Assembly: GCA_963733295.1 (NCBI GenBank)
Contig: CAVTCS010000005.1
Location: forward strand, 32,001-96,000
Source: Vulcanimicrobiota bacterium
GTDB lineage: Bacteria > Vulcanimicrobiota > Vulcanimicrobiia > Vulcanimicrobiales > Vulcanimicrobiaceae
Reading direction: 5' to 3'
Length of the DNA: 64,000 nucleotides
This document shows positions 1-9,153 of the stretch, piece by piece. The notes beneath the pieces are model-generated. The model worked only from the letters and a program-made list of their open reading frames with translations. It was not told where the DNA came from and ran no database searches. A program made the position numbers and the translations under genes. The number at the start of each line of letters is the position of its first letter. Within the stretch, counting starts at the first letter, position 1.

Positions 1-1293
1 CCGGCCATCCTCGTCTTCGGCCGCGAGCCAGCCCTCTTTGCCGCCTCCGACCGATTCCGCTTCGCTGCTGATCTTCGTCCAGCGCCGCAGCAGCGCTTCG
101 TGCACGACGTCGATCCGCGTACTCGCGGCAAGCTCGGGAACGCGCTCGGGTGATGGAAGAATAAACGAACAGTCGTCGGCCCGAAAGCGGTTGATGACTT
201 TCAAGAGGTCCGCTCGCGAAACGCCCGCTTCGTCCTCGAGTTGCTCGAGCGGCAGCGCGCGCCGAGTCGCGCGTCCTTCCTTGTCGCGTTCGCTCAGCGC
301 GCGGAAGACTTGCTCGACGGCCAGATCGAGACCGGGAAGCTCCGCGCTGATTTGGTTGGCGTGCTGCGAGAGCGCTCCCGAAAGCCGGTCGACCGCGTCG
401 TAGTGCGCGCGCGTGAGGTGCCGCTGCGCGCCGGGTGCGAGGCCCTCGCCGGCTTTCTCCCAGATGCGTGACAGACAGTGCTGCAAAACCGGCAACTGGT
501 CGAGCTCGACACCGAGATCGCTGACGAGCAGCTGGACGAGTTCGGGCTCGATGGTCGCACCGGCTTTCTCGATCGGCCCGCGGATCGCTTGGACGCGCTC
601 GGCGCGCTTGAGCCCGGGGGTGAGAAACTGTCCCGCGCTCACCGCTTCCGGTAGCTCGTCGAAACGCGCGCAATCGCCGATGAAATCGGAGCGCATCGTC
701 AGCAGCACGAAAATGTTTTCGGCGCGGGTGCGCGCGCCCTCGAGTAACAATTGCACGAAGAAAGTCGCTTCGTCGCGCAGCAGCGAGCGAGTCAGCGCGC
801 CTTCGCCCTCATCGCTCGCTCCGAAGCGGAAGATCTCTTCGAACTGATCGACGACGAGCAACAGCGTGCCGCCTTCGAGTTCGGGCGACTCCTTCAAGGC
901 GCGGCTCAAGCCGAGACGCGAACGCCGCAGTTCGGCGTTGATTTTCTCGAAGCGCGTCGCGCGGGCAGCTTCGTCGGCGCTCGCGTGCGTGTGCCGCGAA
1001 AGCGCTTCGGCGAGATTCGCGACCGGATGGTCGCCCGGCGTCATCACGGCAACGCGCCACTTGCGGCCGGCCTCGTCTTCGCTCTCCTGTTGGAGCAGTG
1101 GGAGCAGACCGGCGCGCACGAGCGAGGATTTCCCGCTGCCCGAACTACCGATGACGGCGATCAAGTGCGACATCTCGAGCAAGCCGTAGAGCGACGAGAC
1201 GTGCTCGTTTCGCCCGAAGAAATACGGGGCGTCCCCGTAGTCGAACGGCCGCAGTCCCGGGAAGGGATGCTCTGCAGAAAGGAAGAGCGTCAC
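1..1293 (-). CDS. nSTAND1-family P-loop NTPase (NLR-like STAND), 3' part outside window
   Basis: Not in the ORF track because it runs off the left edge. Read by hand from GTG at 1293: HPFPGLRPFDYGDAPYFFGR, Walker A GSSGSGKSS, Walker B LLVVDQFEEIF, and DVVHEALLRRW near position 90. Confidence 0.9.
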   Translation of the reverse strand, partial: MTLFLSAEHPFPGLRPFDYGDAPYFFGRNEHVSSLYGLLEMSHLIAVIGSSGSGKSSLVRAGLLPLLQQESEDEAGRKWRVAVMTPGDHPVANLAEALSRHTHASADEAARATRFEKINAELRRSRLGLSRALKESPELEGGTLLLVVDQFEEIFRFGASDEGEGALTRSLLRDEATFFVQLLLEGARTRAENIFVLLTMRSDFIGDCARFDELPEAVSAGQFLTPGLKRAERVQAIRGPIEKAGATIEPELVQLLVSDLGVELDQLPVLQHCLSRIWEKAGEGLAPGAQRHLTRAHYDAVDRLSGALSQHANQISAELPGLDLAVEQVFRALSERDKEGRATRRALPLEQLEDEAGVSRADLLKVINRFRADDCSFILPSPERVPELAASTRIDVVHEALLRRWTKISSEAESVGGGKEGWLAAEDEDGR

Positions 1294-1303
1294 GGCGCCA
1301 TCG

Positions 1304-2854
1304 CTATTCGGCGGTCCCTCGCAACTCGAAGACCTCGCGCAGACGATCGAGCGATATCCAGTCCGCAGTCAAATCGGCGACGACGTCGATCTCGTCTTTC
1401 GGGCGCGCCTTTTTCCGGATCTCCTTGTCTAGGCGCGGCTCGGGCCCTAGAACGAGAACCCGCAGCGGCAGTTCTTGATCGCGCACCCTCGACAAGTACT
1501 CAGGATTGAGGTACTGGCTCCACTTCTTTTCGACGCGTCCCTCGTGGACTTGTCCCCACAGCACGACGACCGCGTCGCATTTCATCAACTCTTTCTTCGT
1601 GCTGCTCGTGATCTCTTGAGTCGTGCCGGTCTGCGTCGGCACGCGCGGATCGAGATTGAGCGCTTGCAGCGCATCGATCAACTCGCTGAGATACGGCGCG
1701 TCCTCGTTGGCATTGAGGATGCAGACTTTGTCGCCCTTGCCGACGGCGCCCGGCTGATGGATCAGCCGCACCTTGGCTAGCTCTTGCTTGACGATGTCGC
1801 TAAAACTGCTCGCCTCGCTGCCGTCGACGATATCTTGCGGCGGCAGCGGCAGGTCGCCGCCCTGAAAGAGGCGCAGCGCATCGTTCGGTTCGCGGTTGCT
1901 GAAGTAGGGAATCCCGTCGCTGTCTTCGAGCACTTTGGGGGCCCAAATCAACCGCTTGAAATCGGCCGCGACCGCGCCGTTGCCGCCTCCCGGCTTGACG
2001 GCCTCCAGCAGCTGCATTCGGATGAGGCTGATAACTTTGGGCAAGCCGCCGCGTTCGGCGATGACCGACTGTTCGGGATACCGGCCCAGCAAGTGAATCG
2101 ACATCTTGGAACGATCGAGCATGCCGCGCACGGACTGCTCGACGCTCGGGTCGCTCAGGTCGGCGTCGCGGGCCGGTACGACCTCGTAGTTCGAGCCGCT
2201 TATCTCGTCGTAGAGCCGGTTATAGACCGCCTGCAGATCGCCGCTCGTCTTGGCGAGATAGACCGTCCCGCGCGAATTCTTAGGAGGAGCGGCGGCGGCA
2301 ACGGCGGCCGGCCGTTGCCCCTTGCGATGCGCGCGTTCGGCAATATCCCGGGCCAACTCGTTGAGCAGGTCCATGTAGTCGGTGCTGTATTTCGCGACGC
2401 GGAAGTACTCGAGCTGAGCTTCTTCGGGTTGACCCTTCTCTAAATGATAGAAGCGGTAACTATCCTGACGCTGGAGCAGCTCCGGGCGCTTTTCATCGAC
2501 GACGTAGCGCTTGCTCACGACGACGATCCGCTCTTTGGGTTTCGTGTCCCCTTCGCGCCGGCGATGTTCGGCGAAACGGGTGAGCTCCTTTTGACAATTC
2601 TCGGATTTCATCCAGTTCGGCGAAAGCACGACCAGCAAGAGATCGGAGCGTTTCAGGCCTTCGTCGATCTTGTCATCGAACTGCTCGCTCTTCTTGATGT
2701 CGCTCTGGTCGAACCAGAATTTGACGTCGGCGTTCATTTCCTCCAGCTGCTGCTGCAAGCGCTCCCATAGGAGCGTGACGAAACCGTCGTCTTTTGCGAC
2801 CCCCGGCGTGGAGGCGTTGTCGATTCGGGCGTACGATACGAAGATCTCGAACAC
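1304..2854 (-). CDS. TIR-domain protein with two further TIR/DUF4062-like Rossmannoid domains
   Basis: N-terminal FEIFVSYAR...FWFDQSDI...LLVVLSPNWMKSENCQKEL (TIR with putative catalytic Glu). Middle TVYLAKTSGDL...SIHLLG and C-terminal KVCIL...CDAVVVLWG segments look like degenerate TIR-fold units. Confidence 0.85.
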   Translation of the reverse strand: MFEIFVSYARIDNASTPGVAKDDGFVTLLWERLQQQLEEMNADVKFWFDQSDIKKSEQFDDKIDEGLKRSDLLLVVLSPNWMKSENCQKELTRFAEHRRREGDTKPKERIVVVSKRYVVDEKRPELLQRQDSYRFYHLEKGQPEEAQLEYFRVAKYSTDYMDLLNELARDIAERAHRKGQRPAAVAAAAPPKNSRGTVYLAKTSGDLQAVYNRLYDEISGSNYEVVPARDADLSDPSVEQSVRGMLDRSKMSIHLLGRYPEQSVIAERGGLPKVISLIRMQLLEAVKPGGGNGAVAADFKRLIWAPKVLEDSDGIPYFSNREPNDALRLFQGGDLPLPPQDIVDGSEASSFSDIVKQELAKVRLIHQPGAVGKGDKVCILNANEDAPYLSELIDALQALNLDPRVPTQTGTTQEITSSTKKELMKCDAVVVLWGQVHEGRVEKKWSQYLNPEYLSRVRDQELPLRVLVLGPEPRLDKEIRKKARPKDEIDVVADLTADWISLDRLREVFELRGTAE

Positions 2855-2865
2855 GAAAGCCTCGC

Positions 2866-4275
2866 CTACGCTTTCGCGACCGCTTCGGCGGGCTCGGCGA
2901 GATTCTTCAACTCAGCGTACAGCGAGCGAAGCTCGGGCTCGGACTCGTCGGAAGCGAAAGCCAGCGCCTTTTCAAGATCGGGCAGCAGCGCGTGGAGATG
3001 AAAGGCGCTCGGTCCGTCGGCCCTGATCTCGTCGACCAGGTCGCGGGCTCGATCGGTATCGCCCGCGTCGAAAGCGGCCGCCAAGAGCGTCGGATTGAGC
3101 CAAGCGTCCTTGACCCTGCGGCGGCGTGCGCGCTCGCAGGCGACCGCGGTCAGCGATGCTGCGACGACCGCTTTCTCCGCGTCCCCTTTTCGATTGCGTG
3201 CCCGGTAGAGCCGCGGCAAATTGGAAATCGGGAAATAGTCGTTGAGGTCCAAATACATGCCGGCTTCATAGGCTCGAATGGCCCGATCGAGATGCTCCGG
3301 CTTGCCGGTGGCGTTCCAAAGTTTCTTGTAGCGTCCGCCCAACAGACCTTGGCGCTCCGATGAGTCCCCCTCGAGCTTGATGAGTTCCTCGATCGCCGCG
3401 ATCGCTTTGAGATGGTCGCCGCCCTTCGAAAGCGCAAGCGCCTGCTGTTCCTTCACGAACGCGAGCGTGCGCATCGAGGCGGGCAGGTGTTCCACGAAAC
3501 TCAGCAACTCGGACCAGTTCTCGGAATCCCGCAAGAGGATGAGAAGTTCGAGCGCGACCGAGGTCTGGACCGGTCCCCTCGAGTACTCGCCCGCGATCTG
3601 CAGCGCATGCTGCTTGAACGCTTCCTTCGTTCCGGCGCGTACTTCGGCGATCTTCGCTTGAAAGGCCGACAGCTCTTCGAGCCGCTCCCGGAATCTCGAG
3701 GCGCGCGCATCGTAACTGCCCGGAAAACCCGGCAGCGCTTCGTAAAAGGGAGACTCGCCGGCGGCATGGACGGGAATCGCTTCGAGCAAGAGGCTCCGGA
3801 TTTGCGCGGCGTGTTCGTCGCTCACGCTCGCGTCATTCAAAGGATAGCGCACCTGCCGCATCGAGCCGAGGTCGAAGGCCGGCTGCGCCCACTCGGCGGC
3901 GAGCATTACGCACCCGCGCGGCGAAACCGCGTGCCGGATGCCTAGCTCGTAGTAGACGTTGGCGTTTGCGATCGTGACGTCCGCGATCACGAGATCGGAT
4001 ACGGCGAGCCGCTCGATCATCTCTCCGATGATGTTGGAGCCGATGTCTTCATCGGCACGCACGGGAAGGTAGCCGAGATCCTGAAGTGCGGGCTGAAACG
4101 CAGCCTGCCAGAGACGGTCGAAATCAATTTCGGCCGGCGCGTCTGCCACCGCATTTGTCGGTTTTTTTCCGTACGGCATAACGGCGAAGCAGATGGGCTT
4201 GACTAACAATGGCGCCCTCTCCAACGGGAACGGCGGGGCCGTTCCGATAGCTCGGCCTTTTCCCGGAACTGCCAA
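2866..4275 (-). CDS. Deoxyribohydrolase/nucleoside 2-deoxyribosyltransferase-like domain + TPR-S (DUF4071/TRAF-binding-like) protein
   Basis: ICFAVMPYG...VRADED...DLVIADVTIANANVYYELGIRHA followed by helical repeats with GLLGGRYKKLW and DYFPISNL. Start codon uncertain. Confidence 0.8.
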   Translation of the reverse strand: MAVPGKGRAIGTAPPFPLERAPLLVKPICFAVMPYGKKPTNAVADAPAEIDFDRLWQAAFQPALQDLGYLPVRADEDIGSNIIGEMIERLAVSDLVIADVTIANANVYYELGIRHAVSPRGCVMLAAEWAQPAFDLGSMRQVRYPLNDASVSDEHAAQIRSLLLEAIPVHAAGESPFYEALPGFPGSYDARASRFRERLEELSAFQAKIAEVRAGTKEAFKQHALQIAGEYSRGPVQTSVALELLILLRDSENWSELLSFVEHLPASMRTLAFVKEQQALALSKGGDHLKAIAAIEELIKLEGDSSERQGLLGGRYKKLWNATGKPEHLDRAIRAYEAGMYLDLNDYFPISNLPRLYRARNRKGDAEKAVVAASLTAVACERARRRRVKDAWLNPTLLAAAFDAGDTDRARDLVDEIRADGPSAFHLHALLPDLEKALAFASDESEPELRSLYAELKNLAEPAEAVAKA

Positions 4276-4320
4276 GGCTCGCCTGCGCTTGGGGAACGCC
4301 CGACTGTCACACGCGAAAGC

Positions 4321-4875
4321 TCAGCCGCCCTCTAAGATTCCGATCGCGTTGACGGGAATGCCGCGGCGCTCGGCGGCGAGGGCGAAGTGCGCGGTGAGAT
4401 CGTGACCGGTTTGCAGGACGCTGTCCCAGACGACGAGCGCTTCGGTCTTTGCGCCTCCGGCCGCCGCGGTGGATAAAGCATCGTCGAGGATCGCCTCGTT
4501 GGTGCTTTCGAAGACGTTCGGGTCGTCCGGATTCAAGCTCAAAACGGTCAAATCGTTTGCTGCCTCTGCCTCACGTACGAAGCGGTCGAAAAGCTCGCCC
4601 CACGGATATGCTCCCGGCCGATCGACGACCGAACGTGCGCGGAAGAGTTCGATCGCGAAGGGCAGCACGACGCGGCGCCGCAAGCGCAGCTCCGCAGCTG
4701 CCGACAGCGCCAGCAGATCGGCGCCGCAGGCAGCGGCGCAGACGAGGACGCGTATCCCGCCCGCCTCGAGCCGTTCCCGGATCCGGCGCCTGACCGCTCC
4801 GATGCGACCGGCGGGAAAGCGCGGAATCTTCGGATTGGGGGCATCGATGCGGCGGCCCGCAAGCGCTGCGATCAT
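4321..4875 (-). CDS. Stand-alone SLOG-superfamily nucleotide-binding protein
   Basis: True start is ATG at 4875, in an ATGA overlap with the patatin stop. MIAALAGRRIDA...LVCAAACGADLLAL...VVLPF...LVVWD...T matches the SLOG Rossmannoid pattern. Confidence 0.7.
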   Translation of the reverse strand: MIAALAGRRIDAPNPKIPRFPAGRIGAVRRRIRERLEAGGIRVLVCAAACGADLLALSAAAELRLRRRVVLPFAIELFRARSVVDRPGAYPWGELFDRFVREAEAANDLTVLSLNPDDPNVFESTNEAILDDALSTAAAGGAKTEALVVWDSVLQTGHDLTAHFALAAERRGIPVNAIGILEGG

Positions 4876-6059
4876 GTGACTGCGAGCGACGGATCGAATG
4901 CGCCGAAATGCGCGAGATCCAATTTCTTCGCATAAGCTCGTCCGACTTCTTGAAGCGCGCCGACGTGCTTGCCGCTTACGAGCGGTAGCACTTCTTCCGG
5001 CTTGATGCTCGGAAAGAGCCCCAGCTCGGTAAGTCCCGCTTCGGTGAGTTTCGGATCGTAGCGGACGTAGGTGAAGTCTTTCGCTCGCGACGGCGTTCGC
5101 GTCGAAAGCGGCTCGATAAGGTCGCCGATCTCGGAGTCGAGCGGCTCGCCGAAGAGACAGCGCCCCACGATCCGGCACAGTTTGTCGGCTTCAACGGTCG
5201 CCGAATAGATCAATGCTCCCGGGACCTGTCGCGCGCTATAAAGCAGCGTCATCTGAGAAGCCTTGAGTTCCCTTTTGGCGTCGGGGATGGATCCGGTACC
5301 GATCGAAACGAGCAGCAGACGATCTTCGCCCCGCTCCCAGCGAAGTTGGAACTCGTCGAGCGTCGCCATCACGTAGAGCAGAAACGAAGGGTTGTTGTAC
5401 GGCGTCACCGCGCCGTCGACGAACACGAACGTCTCGGGCCCGACGACGACTCGTTCCGGAGGAAAGTACGTCGGCGCGGCGGTGCTGGCCCGAACGAGTT
5501 GCCAGAGTGGAAGGAACAGGTTGTTCCCGTCTTGCTCCGTTCCCCGGTTGTACTTCGCTTTCGGATTATTCGACAGCGGCCACGGCGAATCGGTGTTGCA
5601 GTTGTACATGTTGAGCAGCAACAGCGTCTTGAGTTCGCGGACGTTCGACACGCCCGTTTGCGGAAGCCCGGGATCGCCGAGCCTGGTTTCGCCCAGATGC
5701 TCGCGCAGCGCCGCCGTCAGCCCGGTGGCGCGATAGCGATAGCGCCACTGTGAGAAAAACGGTGCGGGCTTCAACATGACGCGAGCTCCGAGCTCGTAGA
5801 GGTTCCGGATCTCCTCGATCGTCATGCCGAGCGCGACGCCCGCGGCGATAATCGCCCCCGTACTCGTTCCGCCGACGTAGTCGAAATAATCCGACAGTCG
5901 CAGATCGTCGTCGTCGTACGCCTTGCGTAACAGCTCCTGGAGACGAGCCAGGATTTCGATGCTGATAAGGCCGCGGATTCCGCCGCCGTCGATCGTTAAG
6001 AGACGCTTCGGGCCGGCCGAATCGACGCGCTCGAGATAATTCTTGTACTTTCTCAGCAC
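4872..6059 (-). CDS. Patatin-like phospholipase
   Basis: DGGGIRG oxyanion motif, GTSTG nucleophile elbow, ASTAAPTYF, and DGA(V)TPYNNP catalytic Asp. Confidence 0.93.
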   Translation of the reverse strand: MLRKYKNYLERVDSAGPKRLLTIDGGGIRGLISIEILARLQELLRKAYDDDDLRLSDYFDYVGGTSTGAIIAAGVALGMTIEEIRNLYELGARVMLKPAPFFSQWRYRYRATGLTAALREHLGETRLGDPGLPQTGVSNVRELKTLLLLNMYNCNTDSPWPLSNNPKAKYNRGTEQDGNNLFLPLWQLVRASTAAPTYFPPERVVVGPETFVFVDGAVTPYNNPSFLLYVMATLDEFQLRWERGEDRLLLVSIGTGSIPDAKRELKASQMTLLYSARQVPGALIYSATVEADKLCRIVGRCLFGEPLDSEIGDLIEPLSTRTPSRAKDFTYVRYDPKLTEAGLTELGLFPSIKPEEVLPLVSGKHVGALQEVGRAYAKKLDLAHFGAFDPSLAVT

Positions 6060-6073
6060 GATCCCGACTGCAG

Positions 6074-7018
6074 CTACTTCAGCAAGTCACAGGGAGGGGG
6101 CGGCCCAGTTGGATTCACGGCTTTTTGCTGTTTGCAATACGCTTGAAAGCTGTCGAGAAATTGGTGCGCGGCGTCCTCGGCGGCATGCAGCGTGAGATGA
6201 TTGACGTCGCTTTCCCTCCCGAAGTTCAGGGATGCGGCGGCCACCGAGCTCGTGACGCTGTTTTGGAGATTGGCCGTGCCGCTCGGGTTGAAGACCGACG
6301 ACGAAAGGTTTTGGAACTGCGACGTTTCTCCGCTCTTGGGAATGGGGCTCGTCACGGGAAAAACCCTGGTGGTCGTGTTTTGATAGGTGCGTTGCGCGGC
6401 GAACGCGAGATAGACGGACGTCAAAACCGCGAACGGCAAGAACTGAATTTTCGAACGCCCATATTCACCGGTGGACGTCTGCGCCACCCACTCAACGCCG
6501 GGCGTCGATAAGGCGGACGGCGCCGGGCCCGAATCCGCAGACCGATTTCCGCCCTGATTGCACTCGGAGATCATCGCATTGAACTCGACGCTGACCGAGT
6601 CGATGAGGAACACGAGATAGTCGTACTTCTTGCCTCCCGATGCGGGCGGAAGCACGATGAACGCTCCGCGTGCCATCGGATCTTCCTGGCACTGCCGGAT
6701 GTAGTCCGAGAGTTGCCAGTCGCCCTCGGGCACGACTGGAAAGGTTAGTTCCGGCCCTAATTTCTTGGCCATCGACGTGGCGACTTTGGCATTCATCGCC
6801 TCGTCTTTCCCGAGCACGAGCACGAAAACGACCGGCGTGCGGAACTTGAGGATATCGGGCGGCTTATTTTCCTTCGGCGGCGCCAGCTGAATGACGTAGG
6901 GCTGGTGCTGCGGGTTCGGCGAGCCTGACACCGGAGCTGTGACTTGGGCGACCGCATTCGGGCCGCTCGATAGGGTCAACACCCCTAACATTGCGACGAC
7001 CGCGAGAACCACACGCAT
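6074..7018 (-). CDS. Exported hypothetical protein, first gene of the patatin-SLOG-TIR-STAND operon
   Basis: Signal-peptide-like N-terminus MRVVLAVVAMLGVLTLSSGPNAVAQ, several Cys residues, stop 14 nt before the patatin GTG. Confidence 0.7.
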   Translation of the reverse strand: MRVVLAVVAMLGVLTLSSGPNAVAQVTAPVSGSPNPQHQPYVIQLAPPKENKPPDILKFRTPVVFVLVLGKDEAMNAKVATSMAKKLGPELTFPVVPEGDWQLSDYIRQCQEDPMARGAFIVLPPASGGKKYDYLVFLIDSVSVEFNAMISECNQGGNRSADSGPAPSALSTPGVEWVAQTSTGEYGRSKIQFLPFAVLTSVYLAFAAQRTYQNTTTRVFPVTSPIPKSGETSQFQNLSSSVFNPSGTANLQNSVTSSVAAASLNFGRESDVNHLTLHAAEDAAHQFLDSFQAYCKQQKAVNPTGPPPPCDLLK

Positions 7019-7282
7019 CGCAGGCTCCGATCTCAAACGTCGTTAGGGCGATGCCTCTTAGGTATCGCCGAAGGACGCGACCGTTAGCGCCGGTCACCTG
7101 CGTCTCCTGCGCGCGAGCAACGCTCTCGCGAAACGTGACGACGAAGCGGCACAAAAGACCCCCAATACGGGGGGCATCCGCGACCCGACCGCTCCCATAC
7201 CGGCCGCCGGAACCGAGGCAGGGGTCTCGCCTTGCGCTTGCGCAGTGATGAACGAACTCAGTTGCAACACAGTGGATCCGAA

Positions 7283-9151
7283 ATGAGCAAGTCTTCACGC
7301 GGCAGTTTGACCTCTGCGTTTGCCGGATTCTGCATCGGCGCAGTTCTGGCGAGCATGGCTCCGGCGTTCGCACAAGTGCCGGCGAAGCGAGGACACACGG
7401 TCAAAGATATTCTCCGCGACGGAAAATCGGTTACTTCCGCCGACGGTGTGAAGGTCACGCCGCCGTCCGGCGCCGTCGAAAACGTCATCCGGCGCGACGA
7501 AGCGATCGTCGACGGAACGCGGATCGACGTTCCGGCGCGGATCGTGGTCGTCATCGTCAGCTCAGGTGAAAAGAGCACTGCGACGCTCGAGCCGGGATCC
7601 AGCGTCACGTTCATCAGCACGGGCTCGGGAGAACTCGTCTCGAGCAACGCCGGCAAAACGATCTTCAGCATCGTGCCGAAGTCGCTCGACTTCTTTCAAG
7701 TGCAGTCCAGCGAGGCGATAACCGCCGGCGTGCACGGCACGGTGTTCTCGATCGATCGCAGCCAGAGTGCCGTCAGCTTCGACTGCTCGCTCGGCGTCGT
7801 CGACATTACGAAGACCGGCTACCTTCAGGTCGGCGCGAATACGACGAAGGTATCGCTGGTCGACGTGATTTCCGCCGCGGGGCAGCCCGAGGCGGTGTAT
7901 CACCCGAGCGCGACGTGGTACTTGGGAAGGTTTGCGAACTTTGGCGAGGCCGAAGCGCACTTTACGCAACAGGTCGTCGCGGCTCGAAAGAGCGGCGACA
8001 CGTACGCGCTGGGCGCAGCGCTGCGCAATCTCGGACTCGTTCAATGGAATAGTGGCCGGTACGCCGAGGCGATGACGTCCGAGAACGAAGCGCTCGGATT
8101 GTACCGGCAGTCCGGAGCGCGCGACGGCGAGGCGCATGTGCTCGACGATATCGGACTCGTCAACTACAGCTGGGGCAAGTACCCCGACGCCCTGCAGTCG
8201 CACCAAGCGGCGCTTGCGATGTACCGCGAGGTCGGGGACCGCGGCGGCCAAGGGAGAGCACTCTCCAGGATCGGTAACGCCTACGAGCGCCAGGGCCGGT
8301 ACGCGGATGCGTTGCAAGCGCAGCAGGACGCGATCGCGTTCTATCGGCAGGTCGGTGACCGCGACGGAGAGGCGCGGAGCCTCACGCAGATCGGGGTGAT
8401 CCAAGAAGACCAAAGCAAATACGCCGACTCGCTGCAGTCGCAGACTCAGGCATTGGCGCTTTTTCGAGAACTGGGAGATCGCGACGGCGAAGCGAGAGCT
8501 TTGCGCGGACTCGGGAGCGTTGCCTACGGGCAAGGCCGCTACGCCGACGCGCTGCAGTCGTATCAGCAAGCGATGGCGCTCTTCACGGAGATGGGCGACC
8601 GCGACGGTGAGACAAAAGCTCTCAACGGCGTCGCCAGCGTGCAATTCAGACAAGCCCATTACGACGACGCGTTGCAAGCCGGCCAGCAGGCGCTCGCGGG
8701 CGCGAAGGAATCGGGTGACCGGGACAGCGAGGCGAGCGCCCTTCGCATCCTCGGCGCCGTCGCCTACGAACAACAACGCTACACCGATGCGATGCAATTC
8801 GAGCAACAGGCGCTCGCGATCTTCCGGGAGCTGGGCGATCGCGACGGCGAGGCGCGCAGCCTCAACAGCATCGGCAACACCGCCTACGAACAAGCCCAAT
8901 ATGCCGAAGCGCTCCGCTCCGACGAGCAGGCGCTCGCGACGTTCCGCGAATTGGGCGACCGCGCGGGCGAAGCGCGGGCCACGCAGAGTGTCGCCAACGT
9001 CGCCTTGCGGCAAGGCCGCTACAGCGACGCGCTGGAGTCGTACCGGCAGGCGTTGACGCTCTTCAAGCAACTCGGCAGCGAGGCCGATGCCGCGCGCGTC
9101 AGCGACATCATCGCAAAGATCGAAGCACACCGCAAACACGGCGACCCATAG
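7283..9151 (+). CDS. Exported FecR-like + tetratricopeptide-repeat protein
   Basis: Signal peptide ending APAFA-Q; FecR-like beta segment (TLEPGSSV...AITAGVHGTVFSI...GVVDI); about nine 40-aa TPRs (GDRDGEARAL). Confidence 0.85.
   Translation: MSKSSRGSLTSAFAGFCIGAVLASMAPAFAQVPAKRGHTVKDILRDGKSVTSADGVKVTPPSGAVENVIRRDEAIVDGTRIDVPARIVVVIVSSGEKSTATLEPGSSVTFISTGSGELVSSNAGKTIFSIVPKSLDFFQVQSSEAITAGVHGTVFSIDRSQSAVSFDCSLGVVDITKTGYLQVGANTTKVSLVDVISAAGQPEAVYHPSATWYLGRFANFGEAEAHFTQQVVAARKSGDTYALGAALRNLGLVQWNSGRYAEAMTSENEALGLYRQSGARDGEAHVLDDIGLVNYSWGKYPDALQSHQAALAMYREVGDRGGQGRALSRIGNAYERQGRYADALQAQQDAIAFYRQVGDRDGEARSLTQIGVIQEDQSKYADSLQSQTQALALFRELGDRDGEARALRGLGSVAYGQGRYADALQSYQQAMALFTEMGDRDGETKALNGVASVQFRQAHYDDALQAGQQALAGAKESGDRDSEASALRILGAVAYEQQRYTDAMQFEQQALAIFRELGDRDGEARSLNSIGNTAYEQAQYAEALRSDEQALATFRELGDRAGEARATQSVANVALRQGRYSDALESYRQALTLFKQLGSEADAARVSDIIAKIEAHRKHGDP
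7990..9080 (+). repeat. Coding tandem repeat, ~9 x 120 bp TPR units
   Basis: ggcgaccgcgacggcga-like motif recurs every 120 nt (about 8113, 8233, 8353, 8473, 8593, 8713, 8833, 8953). Confidence 0.85.
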
Positions 9152-9153
9152 CC

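Noticed and set aside
4876..5178. N-terminal extension of the 285-aa ORF in the track
   Set aside because: Overlaps the patatin 3' end; the ATGA overlap at 4872-4875 gives the real start.
7990..9080. Regularly spaced DNA repeats as a possible CRISPR array
   Set aside because: 120-bp in-frame coding TPR units with no unique spacers and no cas genes.
7562..9139. 525-aa antisense ORF over the TPR gene; similar long shadows at 25838..27271, 59033..60514, 59554..61269 and 22978..23994
   Set aside because: Antisense or alternate-frame shadows of well-supported genes, expected in high-GC DNA; no motifs.
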